Notes under the pieces: generated by a model
The model's input: the letters and a program-made list of their open reading frames with translations, nothing else
Database searches by the model: none
What the model was told of the DNA's origin: nothing
Shown here: piece after piece, positions 9,501-19,392 of the stretch
Numbering within the stretch: the stretch's first letter is position 1
Layout of the letters: each line of letters opens with the position of its first letter
DNA from: Caecitellus pseudoparvulus
Lineage: Eukaryota; Protista; Bigyra: Bicosoecida
Direction: 5' to 3'
DNA length: 52,669 bases
Assembly: GCA_965644315.1 (NCBI GenBank)
Contig: CBFFRQ010000197.1
Coordinates: forward strand, 1-52,669
Position numbers and translations under genes: made by a program

Positions 9501-12500
9501 CCAAGGCGACGGTCTCCATCAACACGCGCCATGGTCTTTGTCGCCCCCTTCCTGTCAGCAATGGTGTCCCCCAAGGAGGAGCTCTGTCCCCCCTCCTCTT
9601 CAAGGTTGCGATAGATGTGCTGTCGCAAAGGCTCCACGAGATGCCCCTCCAAGGCATCCAGGGAGTGGGCATCCCAACACCAGCAGGCCATGTCACCCAC
9701 ACCCTGTATGCAGACGACCTGGCCTGCATCGCAACGTCTGCCACGGCCTTGCACCGAATCTTCGTAGAGGTGAAGGCCATCGCTGCCCGGGTTGGCCTTG
9801 CCATCAACCCGTCGAAGTCCGGGGTCATGATCCTTGCCAACTCCGTGCGAGGCAGCCGGACACCAGTCAGTGAAAGGAAGAAGTTGGTGTGGCGCTCGGC
9901 TGCCCTCAAAGCGGGCAGCATGCTGAAGGTTGGCACCAAGTCCATCCAACGGGTGGCCGAGTACACCTACTTGGGTGTGCCGATGTCCGAACATCCTGCC
10001 AAGACCCGTGCACTTACCCTGCAACAAGCTGGGCTTGCTTGCATCCAAGCCGGGTTCACTGCGGGCGCGCTGCTCAGTGCCACCTGGCTCGATGTGCAGC
10101 AGCGGCACCTGGTTGGGTATGCCACTGTCACGTCAGCCGCCGACTACATGCTGTCCACCCAAGCCAACAGTTCCCTGCTTCCGCTGCGCGATGTTGACCG
10201 CGGCGTCGCCCTCGCCTTGGACAGGACCCAAGTCGGCTCGCAGAGTGCACTCATGCGCCCCCACAGCTACGCCAAGCTGGCTCTATGCGGAGTCCTGCCT
10301 GCCCACATCCGCTCCACGCAACTGCGGACTGGGATGTTTGTCAAGGCTCTCCGGATGCTGCACTCGGACACCCCTCTTGCCCGAGCTCTGTGCCTGACCA
10401 TCCCGCAGGCCCTTGACCTTATGCCTGCTTCGATGTCGACGACCTTCATCGTCGACACCATCGCTGATGGGGGTCGGCTTTGAGCTGCCAGTGTCCCTGC
10501 TCCGTGGGCACTGCATGCCCTCTTGGACCTCTGGCTCATGGGCTGCATGCCAGACCTTGCACAGCTTCGGCTTGCATGTGCACCTGGCTCTGAGCATGCT
10601 GCCACAGCCCTTGCCCAAGTCCTTGCCGGACTTAAGACCACCCCGGGCCTCCACAGGTCTGCGGTGGTTGGGGTGGCTGCCAGCGAGACGTCGTCCATGG
10701 CCGAACCCCCGGCCTTCACGGCAGACACCCCCTGGGCCCTGCGTCGCCAAGTCCTCGCGTCGTATCTTCATGTAGCCCAGGCAGTGCCGAGTGCAGCTGC
10801 CCACTACACCACCGACAGCCGAATCCCCCAAGTGCAGAAGCCCAGGCCGTATCATCTTGGGCCTGGTGCGCAGCACTTCGTGTGGCTACATCCACTGCCA
10901 CACGGGGTGAACCCCCTCTTCTGGGTCTGTCCTGATGACAGGCCCACCAGAGTGATGGTCCATCACTTCCAGACCTTACAGCTTCTTCATGGGGGGGACA
11001 GTGCCACTCTGTACGAGTGCTGTCCGATTTGCGGACTCAACACCGATGTACAGCTGCACGTGCACATCCTGCTGCACTGCACCCACCACGAACTCACCAT
11101 GGCACGCCAACACACGATGACCAAGTTCAGAGAACTGGCCAACAGGTCAGCTGTGCCCGAGTCCGCGGCGGGCCAAGTGCAGTGCCTGCCCATCCCCCCA
11201 AGATCTGCCACGCCCTCCTTCGTGCCCCCGACCCAGAGCCGCGAAGCCTGCGGGACCTCGAGGTCCTCCACAGGCTCCTGCTCTGCGGGCAGTGGCCTCA
11301 CCGGTGGGGGCTGGCCGACGAAGAGCAGCTTGTCTCTATGAAAGAGGCGGCTGTCCTCTCCCACCCCCACCTCGTCCACCGTGCTGGTCCTTGCCGTGTC
11401 CGTGCCCCAGCTGTATGGCAAGACATCCTGCGCAGCGCGGTTGAGTTCACAGCAAAGGCGTGGCGGGTCACAGTCACTTACATGTTGCGTATGACCGATG
11501 CCCACCACCTTGCTGTCCAGAGGCATGCTGAGTACCTGTGGTGGGCAGTACATGGGCGCGGGGCGCCGCTGCCTGGCCGCACGCAGCCAGTGCGGTCAGC
11601 GGCCACGCGGCACACGCGCAGGCCCCGCACTCGCCGCAGGGCACGCACCTTTTTCCCTGCCAAGGCTGGCCAAGTGCCGTCCACGGAGGGCAAGGTCCAG
11701 AGGACGCTGCAGCACTTCATGGGGCCTCAGCCAGCCCATGCAGACACTGATGGTGAGGGGGAAGGGCCCGATGGTTCCTGTGAAGAGAGCGAGGAGTAAG
11801 GCGGAACGCAGGCGTGCGGGCGGGGAGTGGAACAGCCACGCTTGTGGCCGCGTCTACCCTCCACGAGTGTCCTGACGTGATGAACCTGTGTGAAGCGTGG
11901 TGATAACCACGGTAGCCCGAAGCAGATGCCCAAGACCTTACCTTTTACTTACTACATAGCCTGCGAGTAGCAGTGGAGTGAGCGGGAGCGTGCCTCGGGC
12001 CGCGGCGCGTGTGCAGCCGCAGTGCTGCACGGCCGCGGCCCGGATGGCGGCTGACGATGAAGCAAGCTCACTCACCACGAAACCAGGGCGTGACGGGTTG
12101 AAGAAGAAGGTCCTTTTCCTTTCTGTATCCCCCTTGATGCGCGCGATGCGCTCTGTGGCGCGGGCGCGTGTGTGCGCACGGGTGCTGGTGTGCGCGATCG
12201 AATTCCGCACCACGCACCCGGCCGAGTTCCCGCGCAGAGGCGGAGCACACACCTCATGAAGGGCGCAGAGAGGCCTATGAGGGCCACAGAGGAGGTGGGT
12301 GAGGAATTTGGATTATGATCTGTTGTCAAGACTGCGCGGATGCCTGGGTGTGCTCTGGTGTGCCCCAGGTGTCTGGCGCTGGCGGAGCAAGGGATGAAGT
12401 GTAGCGGAGGAGGGCCAAGATGATGAATTGGAGCGGGCAGGGACCTGCCCTAGCAAGTGGCGGCAGATATAACGGGTGCAAGCCTGTGTTTGTTGCGAAT

Positions 12501-12620
12501 CCGCGCCAAGCGGTAGCCGCTGTGGCGTCCTACATGTGCAGAGGTGCATTGTGGGGCGCCCGTGTGACGCTCAAGCTGTACGGTGCCAAGCTGTGCCGAG
12601 GTGAAATGCATTGTGAGTTG
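6587..12620 (+). mobile_element. Telomere-associated non-LTR retrotransposon, family B (copy 2); longest copy, probably still 5'-truncated
   Basis: Homologous to copy 1 along the whole ORF and at the 3' end. The reading frame is open up to the telomeric tract. Ends ...GCATTGTGAGTTG|CTAACCCTAACCC. Confidence 0.95.
6597..11799 (+). pseudogene. Disrupted polyprotein: N-terminal domain + complete APE + RT + CCHC
   Basis: APE motifs WNVHG, VTEP, TYVP, MGDLN, LDHIL, SDHH; YADD at 9707-9718; CPIC...HILLHC. Interrupted by a 1-nt loss in a C run (~9200-9204), an in-frame TGA (10481-10483) and a second C-run loss (~11194-11199). The ORF pieces 6597-9338, 9194-10483, 10523-~11199 and ~11199-11799 join colinearly with copy 1. 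Confidence 0.88.
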
Positions 12621-12626
12621 CTAACC
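12435..12626 (+). ncRNA. Conserved structured 3'-terminal RNA element of family B (repeated at 14694-14885)
   Basis: Same hairpin order as 6352-6555 with compensatory substitutions. Confidence 0.7.
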
Positions 12627-12634
12627 CTAACCCC
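12621..12634. repeat. Minimal telomeric linker CTAACCCTAACCC(C) between copies 2 and 3
   Basis: Two repeats. The final ACCCC overlaps the first bases of copy 3 (microhomology). Confidence 0.93.
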
Positions 12635-14879
12635 TCTTGCCCGAGCTCTGTGCCTGACCATCCCGCAGGCCCTTGACCTTATGCCTGCTTCGATGTCGAC
12701 GACCTTCATCGTCGACACCATCGCTGATGGGGGTCGGCTTTGAGCTGCCAGTGTCCCTGCTCCGTGGGCACTGCATGCCCTCTTGGACCTCTGGCTCATG
12801 GGCTGCATGCCAGACCTTGCACAGCTTCGGCTTGCATGTGCACCTGGCTCTGAGCATGCTGCCACAGCCCTTGCCCAAGTCCTTGCCGGACTTAAGACCA
12901 CCCCGGGCCTCCACAGGTCTGCGGTGGTTGGGGTGGCTGCCAGCGAGACGTCGTCCATGGCCGAACCCCCGGCCTTCACGGCAGACACCCCCTGGGCCCT
13001 GCGTCGCCAAGTCCTCGCGTCGTATCTTCATGTAGCCCAGGCAGTGCCGAGTGCAGCTGCCCACTACACCACCGACAGCCGAATCCCCCAAGTGCAGAAG
13101 CCCAGGCCGTATCATCTTGGGCCTGGTGCGCAGCACTTCGTGTGGCTACATCCACTGCCACACGGGGTGAACCCCCTCTTCTGGGTCTGTCCTGATGACA
13201 GGCCCACCAGAGTGATGGTCCATCACTTCCAGACCTTACAGCTTCTTCATGGGGGGGACAGTGCCACTCTGTACGAGTGCTGTCCGATTTGCGGACTCAG
13301 CACCGATGTACAGCTGCACGTGCACATCCTGCTGCACTGCACCCACCACGAACTCACCATGGCACGCCAACACACGATGACCAAGTTCAGAGAACTGGCC
13401 AACAGGTCAGCTGTGCCCGAGTCCGCGGCGGGCCAAGTGCAGTGCCTGCCCATCCCCCCAAGATCTGCCACGCCCTCCTTCGTGCCCCCGACCCAGAGCC
13501 GCGAAGCCTGCGGGACCTCGAGGTCCTCCACAGGCTCCTGCTCTGCGGGCAGTGGCCTCACCGGTGGGGGCTGGCCGACGAAGAGCAGCTTGTCTCTATG
13601 AAAGAGGCGGCTGTCCTCTCCCACCCCCACCTCGTCCACCGTGCTGGTCCTTGCCGTGTCCGTGCCCCAGCTGTATGGCAAGACATCCTGCGCAGCGCGG
13701 TTGAGTTCACAGCAAAGGCGTGGCGGGTCACAGTCACTTACATGTTGCGTATGACCGATGCCCACCACCTTGCTGTCCAGAGGCATGCTGAGTACCTGTG
13801 GTGGGCAGTACATGGGCGCGGGGCGCCGCTGCCTGGCCGCACGCAGCCAGTGCGGTCAGCGGCCACGCGGCACACGCGCAGGCCCCGCACTCGCCGCAGG
13901 GCACGCACCTTTTCCCTGCCAAGGCTGGCCAAGTGCCGTCCACGGAGGGCAAGGTCCAGAGGACGCTGCAGCACTTCATGGGGCCTCAGCCAGCCCATGC
14001 AGACACTGATGGTGAGGGGGAAGGGCCCGATGGTTCCTGTGAAGAGAGCGAGGAGTAAGGCGGAACGCAGGCGTGCGGGCGGGGAGTGGAACAGCCACGC
14101 TTGTGGCCGCGTCTACCCTCCACGAGTGTCCTGACGTGATGAACCTGTGTGAAGCGTGGTGATAACCACGGTAGCCCGAAGCAGATGCCCAAGACCTTAC
14201 CTTTTACTTACTACATAGCCTGCGAGTAGCAGTGGAGTGAGCGGGAGCGTGCCTCGGGCCGCGGCGCGTGTGCAGCCGCAGTGCTGCACGGCCGCGGCCC
14301 GGATGGCGGCTGACGATGAAGCAAGCTCACTCACCACGAAACCAGGGCGTGACGGGTTGAAGAAGAAGGTCCTTTTCCTTTCTGTATCCCCCTTGATGCG
14401 CGCGATGCGCTCTGTGGCGCGGGCGCGTGTGTGCGCACGGGTGCTGGTGTGCGCGATCGAATTCCGCACCACGCACCCGGCCGAGTTCCCGCGCAGAGGC
14501 GGAGCACACACCTCATGAAGGGCGCAGAGAGGCCTATGAGGGCCACAGAGGAGGTGGGTGAGGAATTTGGATTATGATCTGTTGTCAAGACTGCGCGGAT
14601 GCCTGGGTGTGCTCTGGTGTGCCCCAGGTGTCTGGCGCTGGCGGAGCAAGGGATGAAGTGTAGCGGAGGAGGGCCAAGATGATGAATTGGAGCGGGCAGG
14701 GACCTGCCCTAGCAAGTGGCGGCAGATATAACGGGTGCAAGCCTGTGTTTGTTGCGAATCCGCGCCAAGCGGTAGCCGCTGTGGCGTCCTACATGTGCAG
14801 AGGTGCATTGTGGGGCGCCCGTGTGACGCTCAAGCTGTACGGTGCCAAGCTGTGCCGAGGTGAAATGCATTGTGAGTTG
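12630..14879 (+). mobile_element. Family B copy 3: 5'-truncated 2.25-kb 3' portion, near-identical to 10370-12620
   Basis: Direct repeat at offset 2260. The only differences I found are an A/G at 11040/13300 and a 1-nt T-run indel at ~11651/13910. Ends GTTG|CTAACC joined to unique DNA. Confidence 0.95.
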
Positions 14880-14885
14880 CTAACC

Positions 14886-16020
14886 AAAGGGTCGCCACCA
14901 CCGGCAGCACAAGCCACAGAAGGCAGACTGGCCAGGCTGCTGGAGCCAGTGATGGCAGACAGCACAGACATGTCACCTGTGCCAGCTGAGTCAGTGCCAG
15001 CATCGCGAGTATACAGCGTGCCGTTCAGATCTGCGGTCGGATAGCCTGCCCACGGCCTGGCCAGCTTGCATGCGCCTGCCCACTGATGCAGGGAGTGTGC
15101 TGACGCTTGGAGAGAGTCTGGGCCCGATGGGGCAAGGATTGCGATCTGCGCTGAAATGCCCATGAACCACAGCATGATCCGCAGTCCGCCCAAGAACAGG
15201 CTGGTGGTGAGCTTCTCAGCAGACTTGGCATGCTTGCGGAGAGCAAACACTGCCAACGTCATCGCCATGATGACCTGCAACACAGCAGAGCCAATGGCTG
15301 CACATGCTGACGATACTCTGGTGTCAGGATGCTGCTCACAAACTGAACAAGGTGGCGTGGCAGCCCAGGGCCTCCCTGACGTCCCCCCGGACGTGATCGT
15401 CCCTGCAATTGAGGCTGTCTTGGCTGGCCCTGTCGGTGTTGCTGGGCTTGTTAATGGCGTGCTCTGCGCATTTCATGACCCTAGGACTGCCTGGGACAGC
15501 AATCATGACCACCCGTACAGCGCTGGGACGATCAAGACTACCACCCCAGCATGGAGAAGGGACGGTGACGGTGCTCTCACATAATGCGGCTGAGTTGGGC
15601 GTCGCTCGGTCACTGCTGGATGGAAAAGGTTCAGTGGACGCCGCAATGAAAAGGGAAGCGACTGACAAACGAGGTTAGACATTGTACAGGTACATCGAGC
15701 TCTCTGAGGCCTCGAAGTGCAAGGCAGGAACCCTGGCAGGCACGGCACACACCGTCACAAAGGAAAACTGGACCGTGCAGATTGTCGTGAACACAGCCCT
15801 GGCCTGCTCTGCACACACCTTGCAGGTCCAATGGCAGTCTGTGGGAGTGCCTTTTCTTCTCGGCGATGTATCCAGCCCACCACACTGCCAGGCCATGCCA
15901 GCGAAGCGAACCAGTCCCGCTGCGGCGCTTCCACATCCTGGGCTAGCTGAAGCGATGCCCACAGCAACACGTCCAGCCGCACCACATACAGCTGTAACCA
16001 AGATGGACGTCGAAAACACC
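14886..16020 (-). pseudogene. Degraded host coding sequence with hydrophobic segments, cut at its 3' end by retroelement copy 3
   Basis: A - strand frame is open from ~15473 through the junction (...VLQVIMAMTLAVFAL...AAGGGDPL|VSNSQ) and only stops inside the retroelement. Broken ORFs lie upstream. No family recognised. Confidence 0.4.
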
Positions 16021-16902
16021 CAGCCACGCGCCCCCCGAGCAGGCGTGCACCGAAAGATTCACCAGCTCCACCTCGAGGTTGGCCGCCACCGCTTCAGCTG
16101 CAAACGCCAGTGCCGCATGGCTAAAAGGCCCGGCCGGCCACATGCAACGTGCAGCACAACAGTACATAGGTGCAGAAGGGTGGACTTTCTAATATGCCTC
16201 TCGTCAGCAAGGGGGCAACCAGCTGCAGCGCTGGGCGCTGGAGCAGGGCTGGCCTTGTGCTGGGTGGTGTGAAGGGAGTTTCATCCTGAACGGCGGACAA
16301 TCACAAGCCGCTTGTTGAAAGGCCTGGAGCACGGTGGAGGCAGCACACATGTGACGTGCACCCTTCACATGTCTACGTCCACATCGCCCTCCGACACCGG
16401 GGAACTTCACCCTGCCATGAAGAGGCGGCCAGAATGCTCAGCTGCATGGCAAGGGTTGGTGTTGGCGGTGCGAAACGCGAGGCCACACCGACACAGGGCG
16501 CTTCTGGCTGGACGGGTGGTGTTCCTGCAAAGATTGGGGAACTGTATGTCGAAGTGGCTTCAATGGGTACATGAAGCAGTGAAATGTGGCAAATATCCCT
16601 GAACAGTCGCTGCAAGACGCCAACAACTCTGGGTTGGAAAGTCACGCAGTGAGCAACGGGTCTCCTACTGAAGTGCATTTTGCAATAAGCTTCTTTGTTT
16701 TTCATGCCCTGCTCCCCATAGGCACGCACAGGCTGGACGTAGTGGACGGCAGTTGCCCTGTCCACGCCACAGCCCCCAAGCACCTCCACGGCGCCTGAGA
16801 TGCATGTGCTCTGACCTCCACCTGCACCAGTCGCTCGTCCAAGCGCACTGCGCAGCAGGCCCTGCCTTTGCTCCCACAAGTACCATGACCACGACTGAGG
16901 CT

Positions 16903-17200
16903 GCAGAAAGCTGCTTGAAGTTTGACCTTTCCCACGCCGTGTACCTTGGCCTTGTTGTCTCCGCAGCAGCTGGCCGAGAGTGCCCTGTGTCGAGCGTGGG
17001 TGAGGTGATCAAGGAAGAATGCAGGCTCCCATGCAGGCTGTGGCAAGGCTTCGAAATCGCACCTCAAGCCACTTAACGCCCCAAACCACGCCCTCCTTGC
17101 AGCCTTCGGCCTGACCCCAGCCCCAAGCTTGCGAAGCCTGGCCCGTCCAGGTACAGCGGGTGTCCGCCAACGAAGCCAAGCCTCCAATTCAACCTGCACC
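16903..17200. repeat. Dispersed diverged repeat, copy 1 (paralogue at ~24293-24590)
   Basis: Colinear similarity, e.g. AGCTGCTTGAAG..CCCACGCC..CCTTGGCCTTG..GCAGCAGCT..GTGCCCTG..CGAGCGTGGG.GAGGTG.TCAAGG.AGAATG.AGGCT.CCATGCA. Confidence 0.8.
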
Positions 17201-17241
17201 CAACAGCCAGAGAAGCACCCCCACAAGTGCAGAGTGCACAC

Positions 17242-18040
17242 CTACGCAGTGACAACCCACGTTCTGTACAGCTCCATTGACTTTCGTCCGTGGCGAGTGC
17301 TCGAGGCGCCCCAGACAGCGTCCTTGACTGCCTCCGCCTCGTTGTCCCCTGTCGCAAGCCAAGACTTGGGAGCAACTGCTCGAGCTCCACCCAGACCCAC
17401 GAGCTCCCTACAACCGCAATAACGACCTCCTCGCATGCCAGACGAAGACCAGCTTCATCTCGACGTGCACGTCCACACTTCGACCATTACTCAAGGCAAG
17501 AAGCTCCCGATCCACGCCCAAGTGGCCGATGGAGCTGGCCCAGACAAAACCAAAGTCAAGCCCGCGTGCATCCCCAGCACTTTCAACAGCGTAAAGGCCT
17601 GTCAGAAAGAACATCCCCTGCACAACGGAAACGAGCCATTCTGAAATGCCCATCGAGCGTCGAACCCTTCCCGAACATGTTCAACGCAAGCTGCCCCCCA
17701 GCAAACTCAAGCAGCTCAAGGACGCTTACATGCCTGCCATGGCACATCTTCACAAGCCCGGCCCCAGATTCTTTCCCATCACTTGCATGCGCGTCCACGG
17801 CTTGGCCCCCTCAAAGTGCGAGAAGCTCCCACAACACATCCACATGCCAGCCTGAAAGCAGCTCTTCACCTGGATCTACCCCTCGCGTGTTCGTCAGCTG
17901 CCCGGCCACCACGCAAGCTCAAAAGTGTCACCACCATCCCAGGTGTCCATGCTAGCGTGCGAGTCGAATCCTGGCCTCAGGCCCGTGGAGGTCTGCTGTA
18001 TGCACGTCCACTACGCGCTCGCCTTCCAAAAACGAGAGTC
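17242..18040 (-). pseudogene. Atypical ankyrin-repeat family pseudogene; close paralogue of 26756-27890, 5'-truncated
   Basis: Frameshifted VDVH/RELL units; C-terminal AVKDAVWGASSTRHGRKSM; DNA colinear with 26780-27575. Confidence 0.8.
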
Positions 18041-18041
18041 T

Positions 18042-18830
18042 CTACTCTGCCCGCAGAAGTAACGCAGCTCTGTGCCCCTGCCGAGTGCTTGTGCCGTCTC
18101 AAACGGCATCTTTACCAGCCTGGACAGCAGCCGGCCCGGCATCAAGCCTGTCCTGGAGCGGAGTGGTGCGACTGCCAGTCAGTGCCAGCAGCTCTCGCAT
18201 GACACCTACATTGCCACCTTGGAAGGCAAAGCGGAACACAGCCTCGTTGCCCGTGTGCACATCCACAGCCCGCTGCCCAGTTAGAGCCAGGAGTTCTCGC
18301 ACTATTTCCACATGGCCAAATGCATAGGCTTCGCGGAAGCCAGCCTCAGGCACACCCCTTGGCCCGGCATGCACACCCACTGCCCGGCCACCCTCCAAGG
18401 TCAGGAGCTCGTGGACCACTTCCAAGTGACCGTCCTTGCACGCACCCCGGAACCCTCCTTCGGGCCCAAGCCAGCCCCCTTGCGTGCACATCCACAGCAC
18501 GCGGACCAGTCAGAACTACGAGTTCACGCACGATGTCGACGTGACCACGCCCACATGCCTCCTGAAATCAGACCTCTCGCCCACCCAGACCGCCAGCATG
18601 CACATTCACCGCACCTTCACCTGCCAACGCCTGGACATAGCGAACTTCCTGCACCCTTCCGTCTCAACAAGCAGGCAGGAGTTTGGCTTCGCCTCTGCCA
18701 CTTCCGTGTCCACCGCCCGGCATGAAAGGGCTGGTCAGGTCAATCGGCATCATTGGCTCCAACGGCATGAAAGTGCCTGCACCTCCGAATGGTGCTTGTC
18801 ATCCCTCCTCTGGCGCTGCTTCATGCGGCT
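18042..18830 (-). pseudogene. Atypical ankyrin-repeat family pseudogene
   Basis: GPEGGFRGACKDGHLEVVHELL and GHVEIVRELLALTGQRAVDVH units; C-terminal GKDAV*DGTSTRQGHRAALLLR with an in-frame stop at the conserved Trp. The 5' boundary is approximate. Confidence 0.75.
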
Positions 18831-19392
18831 GTCCATCCACCGTGGTCCAGCAAGCAGATTCCGCAACTCCGCACGCACGGCAGCTGTCCCGTCTGCGCTG
18901 CAAGCTTTACAACAGCAGTCCGCCCACACTTGAGTACATTCAATCTACCTCTGCCATCCACTTGAGCGACTGTCTGCAGTTGTGAATTGCATCGCGCCTC
19001 GTGTTTGCGCTTGCGCTGGCACTGCGTCGCCCAGCTGCTGGCCACGCCAAATACCCACAGCTGGCGCTCCACCCTTCCTGCAAGGCCTGGCGCAGCAGCA
19101 CACCAGGTCACAACATTCAATCAAAGCTACTTCACCACCCCAGCCCGTTTCCATCCTGCACACCTGCTCACGCTCCCCACCAGGCCGTGCAAGCGGCACA
19201 CTCGAGCCACAGCAAGCAGCTCTGGAAACTCAGCAGTCTCAGTACGCCCACCCTGACCCCGTCCGCACACAATGCGCCAAGCAGCCATCTGTGTACAATG
19301 TGCATTGCCTTCACACAGCCCACCAAGTGTACAAGGTCAGCCAACCCGCACACGAGCTTCGCACCGTAGCCACTGAGCAAACTCGACACAAC

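Noticed and set aside
1353-14885. LTR element, Penelope-like element or telomerase (TERT) gene
   Set aside because: The APE domain and LINE-type RT motifs indicate a non-LTR element. The 2.26-kb direct repeat is a truncated tandem copy, and there are no GIY-YIG, integrase or TERT T/CP motifs.
15275-15339. Candidate GT-AG intron on the - strand (GTGAGC...TTGCAG)
   Set aside because: Splicing joins to a frame with a nearby upstream stop, while the unspliced frame is already open.
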